The notes beneath the pieces were generated by a model that saw nothing but the letters and a program-made list of their open reading frames with translations, was not told the DNA's origin and did no database searches. A DNA stretch of 64,000 nucleotides from positions 39,990,001 through 40,054,000 of the forward strand of contig NC_047021.1 of the NCBI RefSeq assembly GCF_902652985.1, written 5' to 3'. The stretch is from Pecten maximus. Taxonomy: Eukaryota. The stretch's first letter is position 1. Every line of letters begins with the position of its first letter. This document shows, piece by piece, positions 1 through 13,200 of the stretch. The translations under genes and the position numbers were made by a program.

Positions 1-281
1 AATATTATGACCCTGGGCCTCTTGGTTGTTGAGAAGTTGTTTAAGATTGTAACACATTTGAGTGATTTGACCCATGTGAAGTTGAACATAATGCCAAGGT
101 CATCGATTTGAACAAAGTTTGTAACCTTATATCCTAGTATGAAATTTACCCAATAACATGACCCTGGGCCTCTTGTTTATTGAGAAGAAGTTGAAAATGT
201 AAATTGTTTAAGACAGATGACGTAAGACAAAAGGCGATCACAGCATAGGTCACTTGAGACGTCATCTCAGATGACCTAAAA
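1..281 (-). mobile_element. Fragment of non-autonomous Helentron/HINE-like repeat, cut by the window edge
   Basis: Ends in a hairpin ggtcacttgaga..tctcagatgacc plus an A-run (taaaaa). Contains internal repeats 'atgaccctgggcctct'. Similar sequence occurs at about 26170-26362 and 49418-49930. Confidence 0.5.
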
Positions 282-414
282 ATACAAAGCACTCCATACC
301 AAAAGACACCACTAAAGCAATGTGTGTATCAGGTTTTGTAAATTATCTTTAATGATTTTGGAGATATGCATCGAAAAAGGCAGAGCCCAATGTAATACCT
401 CAAAATGCATTTCC

Positions 415-620
415 TGTCACTCTGACCACATGTCTGTATGTTGTGTCTGTACTATGTGTACCTGTGTCACCCTGACCACATGTCTGTATGTTGTGTCTGT
501 ACTATGTGTACCTGTGTCACCCTGACCACATGTCTGTATGTTGTGTCTGTACTATGTGTACCTGTGTCACCCTGACCACATGTCTGTACTATGTGTACCT
601 GTATCACTCCGACCACATGT
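415..620. repeat. 50-bp minisatellite, about 4 copies
   Basis: Unit cctgtgtcaccctgaccacatgtctgtatgttgtgtctgtactatgtgta, read directly. Confidence 0.85.
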
Positions 621-621
621 C

Positions 622-972
622 TCGATCATTGGTGAAGGTGGTTCAATTGGAAGAGCATCGGGCTAGTGTTCGGAGGTCCTCGGTTCAAACCCCAGTCTGG
701 CCATGCATTTTTTCAATCCAAACACATTTGGTGCCTGTGACCAAACCATGTTTAAAGTGAGGTGTTAATACTTGACAAGGGGATACCCGAACCTGGGTTG
801 TGACTTGTCAGGTCTTTAGGGTCAAAGACTTAATACGGGCGGGAAGAGTGTAGCAGAACTGAATCGGGTGATCATCGGCGACCAGGTAGATCAATTGGTA
901 GAGTGTCTGGCTAGTGTACGGAGGTTCAGGTTTCGAAACCCCTGTCTGACCCTGCATTTTCCCACTCCTACT
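622..972 (+). mobile_element. 5'-truncated, diverged copy of the tRNA-LTR TRIM (Helenus-like)
   Basis: Partial tRNA-containing LTR, then PBS tttggtgcctgtgacc, internal ggggatacccgaacctggg, PPT gggaagag, and a second LTR starting tgtagcagaac at 849. Colinear with 4491-4843. Confidence 0.8.
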
Positions 973-3900
973 AGTCCTATAGTCAACATACTTACGTCAC
1001 TTCACAGGTGCCTGACTCGTTTTATAAAATAATAACATATGGAATACATATAAATCTCATTTATATGTACTCTATATGTTATTATTTTATAAAACGAGTC
1101 AGGCACCTGTGGTCACTTACAGATCTGATAGCTACCGAATAGTTGAAAGTTCTTATTACACATATTTCGCCATATATATGTCTGAATTCTCAATGGCAGC
1201 CACTGTTACCGAAAGTTTATTCTTTAAAGACATGATTAAAACAATTACAACACACGCCATGAATGATCATTTCGTCGGCTCAACGATGACTAACACAAAA
1301 TACGACTGTTATTTTTCTCGGTCAAGGACGAATATAGCTCTACATGTTTGCTAGATAATTTTTTAAGTGTTCACCAAATCAACAAACATGATATAGACCT
1401 AGGCCCTATTTATAATCATACGGAAGATTCAAAATGTAAGCACATATAACAAAAATTTAAATGATACTTACATATCATGATACTGTTAGACCAAGATCGG
1501 AAGCAAACAAATCGTTTCCATTGAGAAACACAATTCTACGCCTCGTTTCCCAGTTTCCCGTCCAAACGTGTAAACATTACAGGTAAGGTGAAGTCCAAAG
1601 GCATTCCGAGGGTGTAGACGTACAAAATTAAAACCGACGTATACCGTTCAGGAATCCGTACTATGCATAACTTTAATTAGTTACCGATGTGCTTTAATAA
1701 CATTGATGATGATAAGTTATTTTTACTATGTATTAAAATAAATTATTTCTTTCAGAAGGCATCGCGCCTTTAATTATTGTTTCATTTCCAAGTTACTTAT
1801 ACTAGTTTATTGTGAAACGTGGAGTAATTATGTCCCCTTACAAAATTGCCTGGCAGATTGAATTTGCCCATGCAGAGGTAGGTAAAAGTGCAGATTATTT
1901 TCCTGTTTTATGCTGTAGTGATGACTTCTATTTTCGTTGCACGGAATAAATTGATTACTTCTCCGCTATAAAAAGTATAGAATACGATATGTTATCGGGT
2001 AACTTTTAATAAAGCAGTAGAATAATTGCAAATATTTTTGAACTATATTTCATCACAGTGTGGAGCTCGTGCGTCCTACCGATCTCGTGACCTCTTGTCT
2101 TGTTCTAATTGGCTAATTTAGTGTATACATGCCGTTTTAATTACTAGTTTTTATTTACATTTGTTACTCATGCATCGTATTCTTGTTTGCGTTAGTATTA
2201 ATTGAGGCATGGGAAGGGGAAAATGATTCTAGTTAATTAATTATATAAGTAGATCTACTGGCCACAGGGACTTGACACAATTTCCAATAAACAGTCCATA
2301 TATATATTTTTTATGTAAATTGTATTATCTATAAATGAATTCAAGTGTCACATGCATTTTTTTTTTTTTTGCAATTCAATCCTGCTTTGATTTAATTTGT
2401 GTAAATTACACGATGTTGATATATTGTTTAATTCCTGACACTAAATTAAGCTTGCCTTTTAATAATTATCAGCATGATAATGAGGGACATACAAAGAGGT
2501 ATTAGAGACTCCCACTAGTTTAGAGACGGTGACCGACACATATATGTCAGCTTTTGTAACTACCACTATATCACTATATACCTGCAGACATTAGGTAAAA
2601 TTGGATATATTTATCAGAGGTCTGCTATTTGAAATAAAATTAATTGTTAACTTCAAAATCATTTGCTATTAAACTTGATTAAGCAATGTAAACATATTCA
2701 GCTTTTAATTGATTCAATAAAAATAAATGAATAAAAAATTGATGAATATTTTTTAAGAAAACTTGCTAAAATAAACTATATTTGATGCAAAATTTTAATA
2801 ACTTTATAACAAAAAATTGTTTCAAAAACTTAATCAGTGCCAATGGAATTTATTCAGCTTAATTGTTCATAATCCCAAAATGAAAAAAAAATTGTATGAG
2901 TATTCTTTGTGAAATGTGGTTCAAAATAAGGTACATTGTAGTATATATTTCAATGATATTTGTTATTTACTATGAACACTAAGATATTACATAAAATCAG
3001 AGACATATATCTGTATATATGTCTCTGATAAAATCAGTGATTATTTATGCAAAATTTTAATTATTTGCTCAAAATCATTCACTGCAAAAACTTAATCAGT
3101 GCCCATGGAATTTATTCAGCCTTTTATAGATTCAAAAATTGAAATGATTGGATGAGAACCACATAAGTTAGTGTAGTTAACTCAATGTCATCTCGCTACG
3201 CCATTACTAACAGATAGAGACAGTTTCCAATCTCTGTATGTATGTCCCTGTTAATACAAACATTGTAGGAAACGGATAAGTCTTTCATAAAAATTAATAA
3301 AAATTCAGTGGTTAGAGGTGACGTATGACACTCAAAGCTAGATTTTGTATCTACTGTTGTAGCAGAAATTAATTAAGCATTTAATATATTTGAAAAAAAG
3401 TGTCAAATGATTCAGATTTTCGGGCCAACTGGGGTTTATTGGTTCTTAAAGCAATCATATGTAAATCTGGAGACTTTTCACGAAAGTTCTTAAGTTTTAC
3501 ACTTAGAGTGGGTTATGTGTTCTCGTAGACTAATACAATGAATTTTGCACATACAATTTTCGTAAGTTCTTTTGTGAAAACCACCATAATCAGAAATTTA
3601 CTTTTACAATCAAAATTGCACTTACAGAATTTTCTTAGGCTAGGTCTCCTGATCTTTTCTCCCCTTTCCTATGACAACAAAGTTGTTTGTATTAACAAAT
3701 TTACAAATTAACAAATTAAGACTTTATTTTCTTCTTATAATGTAGAGATAAAAAAGAATCAATCTACAAGTAAATTCACGTTATTTTAAAGATTTTTAGA
3801 GAATTGAAGTGATTATATAACAAAGCAGTTTTGTTTATTTAGTCGAAAATTTGATAATGAACAATTAGGGAGCATGGGGAACCTACCAATCAAATTTGAA

Positions 3901-4243
3901 AATGATAAATGAAATAAATCAGGGTAAATATCAAGATAAAATTTTATTTGCCAGAATTCAAGATGGCTTACTGTCAGCCATTTTGTTTTCCTGAACATGC
4001 ATAACATGGGTTTAAGGAAAACCAAGACTATATGCGAAATATGAAAAATGATCCACCTTCTGAAAAATGTTGACATAATTGTTGACAACAGTCTTCTACT
4101 GTCAAAATTTAAAATGGCTGCCAGTCGGCCATCTTAGGCCTGATCCATGAAACACTTTCTACTGATGTCCTACATGATTTCCTATATTTGTTGTCTTGCA
4201 GAGTTTGTTGCCCATTTTGATGTCCTGACAAAACAACTTGACC

Positions 4244-7200
4244 ATGCCATCTGAACAAGGCCTGGTGACACTGGATGATGTCCTGAGAGCCAAAGAAGTT
4301 CTGAAGAGTAGCTCTCTGGGTGTGTGCAGGACACCGTTGATAAAAAACACTGACATGTTCCCAGGCTTAGAGAATTCTGAGGTGTACCTGAAACTGGAAA
4401 ACATGCAGACTACTGGTACATGGTCATTCAGCCTTTTTACATAAATCAGTGGATTCTAATCTATGTCAATGGATACCTTAGTAGAATATATGTAGTGGAA
4501 CTGGACCGGGTCGATCATCAGCGACCAGGTAGCCCAATCGGTAGAGCATCCGGCTAGTGTTCGGAGGTCCTGGGTTCGAACCCTGGTCTGGCCGTGCATT
4601 TTTCCACTCCTATTACATTTGGTGCCTGTGACCAAACCTTGTTTCAAGTGAGGTGAATACTTGACACGGGGATACCCGAACCTGGGTTGTGAGTTGAAAA
4701 AAATAGGAGGGAAGAGTGTAGCGGAACTGGACCGGGTCGATCATCGGCGACCAGGTAGCTCAATCGGTAGAGCATCCGGCTAGTGTTTGGAAGTCCCGGG
4801 TTCGAATCCCGGTCTAGCCGTGCATTTTACCACTCCTATTACATATATAGCTATTTGTTCTCATTTGAAGATTATTGTGATTATTATCTTTTTATTTTTT
4901 TTAATTCCAACCTTTGATTGATGGATATCTGGGTTTAATGGCATATAAGAGCACATGGGTACTCGAAATACTGTAATCCTGACATTTACAGTGCACTGGA
5001 GAATTCCCGCTTTTTTACACCTCAAATCCTACGTCATTCTATTTACAGTAGGAGTGTATATTTCTGATTTACCAAATCTCAAGTCCCTATTCTCGCATAT
5101 AGAAAGTACCCATTTTATATGTCATTTACTCAGGAAAACAGCTACAAACGTAAGAAACACCTTTTCCTCAGGGACTTAGTTCAGGTGAAACACTTAGTTC
5201 AGGTGAAACACCAGCTGATTGGCTGATTTAGTTGTGGGAGTCCCATAAATGCAATTTGTGGAAGATATAAAATATTGATGTTGCCATAGCTACATTACAC
5301 CTGTATATATACTACCTTCATTAATTTGTAGGTTCTTTTAAGATCCGAGGAGTAGCCAACCAGATGGCTGTTATCCCAGAGGAAGTAAAACGAGGGGAGA
5401 AAAAGTTAGTTACAATATCTGCTGGAAATTATGGGAAGGCGTTCGCTTATGCCCTCAACAAGTTTAGTCTTCCTGGACTCTGCCTGATGCCTTTAACAGC
5501 ACCTTCAAGTCGCGTTCAGCTCATCAAGGTAGTAGACTGAATGTAATTGAGGTCAACACTATTTTATTTCATATTTCATGAAAATGTTTTTTGAGCTGAA
5601 ACATTTACTTTGATGGATATCTATTATGCAAATACAGATTTTGTTGAGGGCAATCCATGGTTTTACGACCTGACCTGGACAATATTTCCCGAGGCTGAAG
5701 GCCCGAGGGGGATATAGTTCAGGGCAGGTCCGTAAAACCATGGATTGGCTGAAACTAAAGTCTGCATTTACATTGTTATATGATTTATATTAATTCAAAA
5801 ACAAAAAAAACTAAGAAAGTTTCTTTTGAATACCTCATCACATCATCGGGAGGTTAATATAAAACTTTGACAGGTTCATGGAATGTTATATTAACCTCTG
5901 CTAAAAATACATCTCAGCACAGACGACATAATTTCTATTTTTAGCAGGAGTCAATACAAGATTCCACAGACCTAACAAAACGTTATAATGACTCCTCAGT
6001 GATGTCATGAGATATTTTCAAGGAAAAAATGATGTCATGTGATCTCATTAGGACCAATGAGTGATAGTGTTACATACCAATCATATAATAAAAGATTTTA
6101 TAACTGATTTCAAAAATCCAAATGCTGTTGACTTCAATGGGTGTTCAGGATATTTTGTTTGCCAATATTGGCAGTGATATACTTTAACAAAATGTGACAA
6201 AATATTTTATACATTACATCAGAAGTCAAACAGTGAAATCCTTCTAAATACTACTCTTACATCTCCCCACCTGTGATTTACCTGTCCTAGCAGTGACACC
6301 TCTCTCTATTCCTCGGTTACATCTCCCCGCCTGTGATTTACCTGTCCTAATGGTGACCCCTCTCTCTATTCCTCGGTTACATCTCCCCGCCTGTGATTTA
6401 CCTGTCCTAATGGTGACCCCTCTCTCTATTCCTCGGTTACATCTCCCCACCTGTGATTTACCTGTCCTAGCAGTGACCACTCTCTCTATTCCTCGGTTAC
6501 ATCTCCCTGCCTGTGATTTACCTGTCCTAATGGTGACACCTCTCTCTATTCCTGGGTTACATCTCCCCACCTGTGATTTACCTGTCCTAATGGTGACACC
6601 TCTCTCTATTCCTCGGTTACATCTCCCCCACCTGTGATTTACCTGTCCTAGCAGTGACCACTCTCTCTATTCCTTGGTTACATCTCCCCACTTGTGATTT
6701 ACCTGTCCTAATGGTGACACCTCTCTCTATTCCTCGGTTACATCTCCCCACCTGTGATTTACCTGTCCTAATGGTGACACCTCTCTCTATTCCTGGGTTA
6801 CATCGCCCCACCTGTCATTTACCTGTTCTAATGGTGACACCTCTCTCTATTCCTCGGTTACATCTCCCTCACCTGTGATTTACCTGTCCTAGCAGTGACA
6901 CCTCTCTCTATTCCTGGGTTACATCTCCCTGCCTGTGATTTACCTGTCCTAGCAGTGACACCTCTCTCTATTCCTGGGTTACATCTCCACGCCTGTGATT
7001 TACCTGTCCTTATATTAACTCATCCCTCTATTCCAGGTTTACCCCCCCCCCCCCCCCCCTGTGGTTTGTCTGTCCTAATAGTTAATAGTGACCCCTCCAT
7101 CTATTCCAGGTTTACCCCCCCCCCCCCCCCTGTGGTTTGTCTGTCCTAATAGTTAATAGTGACCCCTCCATCTATTCCAGGTTTACCCCCCCCCCCCCCC

Positions 7201-10200
7201 CCCCTGTGGTTTGTCTGTCCTAATAGTTAATAGTGACCCCTCCATCTATTCCAGGTTTACCCCCCCCCCCCCCCCCCCACCCCTGTGGTTTGCCTGTCCT
7301 AAAAGTGACCCCTCCATCTATTCCAGGGTTGTGGTGTTGATGTAGAACAGCTCCCCACCAGTGATTTAATGTTGACAGTGGATAAATACGTAGCAGAAAA
7401 AGGCTACACTTTCCTGCATTCATTTGATGAATCCAACCTCATTGCTGGTTATGGAAGGTACTGACCACAGAAACTGACCACTAACTACCACAGAAACTGA
7501 CCACTAACTACCACAGAAACTGACCACTAACTACCACAGAAACTGACCACTAACTACCACAGAAACTGACCACTAACTATCATAGAAACTGACCACTAAC
7601 TACCACAGAAACTGACCACTAACTACCACAGAAACTGACCACTAACTATCACAGAAACTGACCACTAACTACAACAGAAATTGACCACTAAATACCACAG
7701 AAATTTACCACTAACTACCACAGAAATTGACCATTAACTATCACAGAAATTGACCACTAACTACCACAGAAATTGACCACTAACTACCACAGAAATTGAC
7801 CACTAACTATCACAGAAACTGACCACTAACTATCACAGAAACTGACCACTAACTACCACAGAAACTGACCACTATTAATCAAAGTAATTGATCACCAACC
7901 ACCATGCTAACCACTAATTACCATAAAAAAAGATTGACCATATGAAACTGACCAATTATCACCACAGTAACTGACCATCAATCACCATGGAAATTGACAA
8001 CAGAAAGTGACCACTAAACTACTGTACATAAAAACTGACCACACAGAAACTCATTTCTAATTACCACATAAACTGATCACTAATTATCACAGAGACTGAC
8101 CACAGAAACTGACCAATTATCACCACAGAGACTGACCACTAATAATCACAGATACTGACCACAGAAACTGACCAATTATCACCACAGAGATATTGACTAC
8201 AAGAACTGACCATCAATCACCATTAAATCTGACCTCTAATAAGCACAGAGATTGGCCACAGTCTCAGAAAATGTCTTCTAATCACAGTAGAAATATGAAA
8301 ATTTACAACAAAAACTGACCACATAACTACATAGAGACTGACCACTAATCACTGTAGAAACTGGACACATGCCTCTGAAACTGACCTGGAATCTAAAAGT
8401 AGAAACTGACAACCACTCACATGGAATCTCAACATAAACTGACCACTAATCACCATGGCAACTGACGTCTAAACACAACAGAAACTGACAACCAGACACC
8501 ATGCAATGTGAAAGTAGAAGCTGGCCGATAAATTACATAGAATCTGACCACAGAAACTTACCAATGATCACCACAAAACTGACCACTAATCACAATAGAA
8601 ACTGACCAATTACCACAGATGGTATACAGTAGATATTTACCAGTACAGATGGTATACAGTAGATATTTACCAGTACAGATGGTATACAGTAGATATTGAC
8701 CAGTACAGATGGTATACAGTAGATATTTACCAGTACAGATGGTATACAGTAGATATTTACCAGTACAGATGGTATACAGTAGATATTTACCCAGTACAGA
8801 TGGTATACAGTAGAAATTTACCTGTAGAGATGGTAAACAGTAGATATTTACCCAGTACAGATGGTATACAGTAGATATTTACCAGTACAGATGGTATACA
8901 GTAGATATTTACCTGTAGAGATGGTATACAGTAGATATTTACCAGTACAGATGGTATACAGTAGATATTTACCCAGTACAGATGGTATACAGTAGATATT
9001 TACCAGTACAGATGGTATACAGTAGATATTGACCAGTACGGATGGTATACAGTAGATATTGACCAGTATAGATGGTATACAGTAGATATTTACCTGTACA
9101 GATGGTATACAGTAGATATTTACCCAGTACAGATGGTATACAGTAGATATTTACCAGTACAGATGGTATACAGTAGAAATTTACCTGTAGAGATGGTATA
9201 CAGTAGATATTTACCCAGTACAGATGGTATACAGTAGATATTTACCAGTACAGATGGTATACAGTAGATATTTACCACTACAGATGGTATACAGTAGATA
9301 TTTACCAGTACAGATGGTATACAGTAGATATTGACCAGTACAGATGGTATACAGTAGATATTTACCAGTACAGATGTATACAGTAGATATTTACCAGTAC
9401 AGGTGGTATACAGTAGATATTTACCCAGTACAGATGGTATACAGTAGATATTTACCCAGTACAGATGGTATACAGTAGATATTTACCAAATAAAGATGGT
9501 ATACAGTAGATATTTACCAGTACAGATGGTATACAGTAGATATTTACCTGTAGAGATGGTATACAGTAGATATTGACCAGTACGGATGGTATACAGTAGA
9601 TATTGACTAGTACAGATTGTATACAGTAGATATTTACCAGTATGGATGGTATACTGTAGATATTTACCCAGTACAGATGGTATACAGTAGATATTTACCC
9701 AGTACAGATGGTATACAGTAGATATTTACCAGTACAGATGGTATACAGTAGATATTTACCAGTACAGATGGTATACAGTAGATATTGACCAGTATAGATG
9801 GTATACAGTAGATATTTACCAGTACAGATGGTATACAGTAGATATTTACCAGTACAGATGGTATACAGTAGATATTTACCAGTACAGATGGTATACAGTA
9901 GATATTTACCAGTACAGATGGTATACAGTAGATATTTACAGTACAGATGGTATACAGTAGATATTTACCAGTACAGATGGTATACAGTAGATATTTACCA
10001 GTAGAGATGGTATACAGTAGATATTTACCCAGTACAGATGGTATACAGTAGATATTTACCAGTAGAGATGGTATACAGTAGATATTTACCAGTAGAGATG
10101 GTATACAGTAGATATTTACCCAGTACAGATGGTATACAGTAGATATTTACCAGTAGAGATGGTATACAGTAGATATTTACCCAGTACAGATGGTATACAG

Positions 10201-13200
10201 TAGATATTTACCCAGTACAGATGGTATACAGTAGATATTGACCAGTAGAGATGGTATACAGTAGATATTTACCCAGTACAGATGGTATACAGTAGATATT
10301 TACCCAGTACAGATGGTATACAGTAGATATTGACCAGTATGGATGGTATACAGTAGATATTGACCAGTACAGATGGTATACAGTAGATATTTACCAGTAC
10401 AGATGGTATACAGTAGATATTTACCCAGTACAGATGGTATACAGTAGATATTTACCAGTACAGATGGTATACAGTAGATATTTACCAGTACAGATGGTAT
10501 ACAGTAGATATTTACCAGTACAGATGGTATACAGTAGATATTTACCAGTACAGATGGTATACAGTAGATATTGACCAGTACAGATGGTATACAGTAGATA
10601 TTGATATACTTCAGAGTTATGGCTGCCATACTGAAGCGGTTCTTACTTCTGAACTAGAAGCAACAATTTCTGTCCACCTGCACTCACATGGCAGTCTTTT
10701 TTTCCACCCATTTGATGATTTGGAATTGATCGCAGGTTACGGAAGGTAAATTAGCATGCAGAATGATGCGAGATCCTTTTTACTCTCCAAACCTAAGCAG
10801 TTCAGATTGTTAATTTGGATATAAGCATTTTTGCCACAACACCGAAATATGAACCTTGTTATCCCTGGTTAACTGTATAAGGTACTACCCGGAGTAATTA
10901 ACAATAATAAACCCACTTTTGTCTAACAATTCACTGAAAATGCTAACAAATTATATTTTGCTGTACCTGAGAATACTATTACCCCAGTAAAGGTCCTGTA
11001 CCAGAGAATTACATTATCCCAGTAAATATCCTGTACCAGAGAATTACATTACCCCAGTAAAGTTACGACCAGAGAATTACATTACCCCAGTAAAGTTACG
11101 ACCAGAGAATTACATTACCCCAGTAAAGGTCCGACCAGAGAATTACATTACCCCAGTAAAGTTACGACCAGAGAATTACATTACCCCAGTAAAGTTACGA
11201 CCAGAGAATTACATTACCCCAGTAAAGGTCCGACCAGAGAATTACATTACCCCAGTAAAGGTCCTGTACCAGAGAATTACATTACCCCAGTAAAGGTCCG
11301 ACCAGAGAATTACATTACCCCAGTAAAGTTATGACCAGAGAATTACATTACCCCAGTAAAGTTACGACCAGAGAATTACATTACCCCAGTAAAGGTCCGA
11401 CCAGAGAATTACATTACCCCAGTAAAGGTCCTGTACCAGAGAATTACATTACCCCAGTAAAGGTCCGACCAGAGAATTACATTACCCCAGTAAAGTTATG
11501 ACCAGAGAATTAAATTACCCCAGTAAAGGTCCTGTACCAGAGAATTACATTACCCTAGTAAAGGTCCTGTACCAGAGAATTACATTACCAGTAAAGTTCC
11601 TGTACCAGAGAATTACATTACCAGTAAAGGTCCTGTACCAGAGAATTACATTACCCCAGTAAAGGTCCTGTACCAGAGAATTACATTACCCCAGTAAAGG
11701 TCCGACCAGAGAATTACATTACCCCAGTAAAGGTCCTGTACCAGAGAATTACATTACCCCAGTAAAGGTCCTGTACCAGAGAATTACATAACCCCAGTAA
11801 AGGTCCTGTACCAGAGAATTACATTATCCCAGTAAAGGTCCGACCAGAGAATTACATTACCCCAGTTAAGGTCCGACCAGAGAATTACATTACCAGTAAA
11901 GTTACGACCAGAGAATTACATTATCCCAGTAAAGGTCCTGTACCAGAGAATCATACATTACCCCAGTAAAGTTACGACCAGAGAATTACATTATCCCAGT
12001 AAAGGTCCTGTACCATAGAATTACATTACCCCAGTAAAGGTCCTGTACCAGAGAATTACATTACCCCAGTTAAGGTCCTGTACCATAGAATTACATTACC
12101 CCAGTAAAGGTCCTGTACCAGAGAATTACATTACCCCAGTTAAGGTCCTGTACCAGAGAATTACATTATCCCAGTAAAGGTCCTGTACCATAGAATTACA
12201 TTACCCCAGTAAAGGTCCTGTACCAGAGAATTACATTACCCCAGTTAAGGTCCTGTACCATAGAATTACATTACCCCAGTAAAGGTCCTGTACCAGAGAA
12301 TTACATTACCCCAGTAAAGGTCCTGTACCAGAGAATTACATTACCCCAGTAAAGTTCCTGTACCAGAGAATTACATTACCCCAGTAAAGGTCCTGTACCA
12401 GAGAATTACATTACCCCAGTAAAGGTCCTGTACCAGAGAATTACATTACCCCAGTACAGGTCCAGTACCAGAGAATTACATTACCCCAGTAAAGGTCCTG
12501 TACCAGAGAGTTACATTACCCCAGTAAAGGTCCTGTACCAGAGAATTACATTACCCAGTAAAGGTCCTGTACCAGAGAATTACATTACCCCAGTAAAGGT
12601 CCTGTACCAGAGAATTACATTACCCCAGTAAAGTTACTGACCAGAGAATTACATTACCCCAGTAAAGGTCCTGTACCAGAGAATTACATTACCCCAGTAA
12701 AGGGCCTGTACCAGAGAATTACATTACCCCAGTAAAGGGCCTGTACCAGAGAATTACATTACCCCAGTAAAGGTCTGACCAGAGAATTACATTACCCCAG
12801 TAAAGTCCTGTACCAGAGAATTACATTACCCCAGTAAAGTTCCTGTACCAGAGAATTACATTTTCCCAGTAAAGGTCCGACCAGAGAGTTACATTATCCC
12901 AGTAAAGGTCCTGTACCAGAGAATTACATTACCAGTAAAGGTCCTGTACCAGAGAATTACATTACCCCAGTAAAGGTCCTGTACCAGAGAATTACATTAC
13001 CCCAGTAAAGTTACGACCAGAGAATTACATTACCCCAGTAAAGTTACGACCAGAGAATTACATTACCCCAGTAAAGGTCCTGTACCAGAGAATTACATTA
13101 CCCCAGTAAAGGTCCTGTACCAGAGAATTACATTACCCCAGTAAAGTTACGACCAGAGAATTACATTACCCCAGTAAAGGTCCTGTACCAGAGAATTACA

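Larger units (their letters stand above)
4491..4843 (+). mobile_element. Complete TRIM (non-autonomous miniature LTR retrotransposon) with tRNA-containing LTRs, Helenus-like
   Basis: 127-bp LTRs at 4491-4617 and 4717-4843, both TG...CA. PBS tggtgcctgtgac follows the 5' LTR and PPT ggagggaagag precedes the 3' LTR. 4-bp TSD TATA at 4487-4490 and 4844-4847. Confidence 0.9.

Noticed and set aside
1100-1600. Divergent first exons / bidirectional promoter upstream of the dehydratase gene (donor-like sites at 1583 on + and about 1471 and 1120 on -)
   Set aside because: Plausible but supported only by short donor consensus matches; not enough to call.
4523-4820. Tandem genuine tRNA-Thr genes
   Set aside because: They are embedded in TG..CA LTRs with PBS, PPT and TSD, and have stem mismatches that differ between copies. 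A TRIM explains them better.
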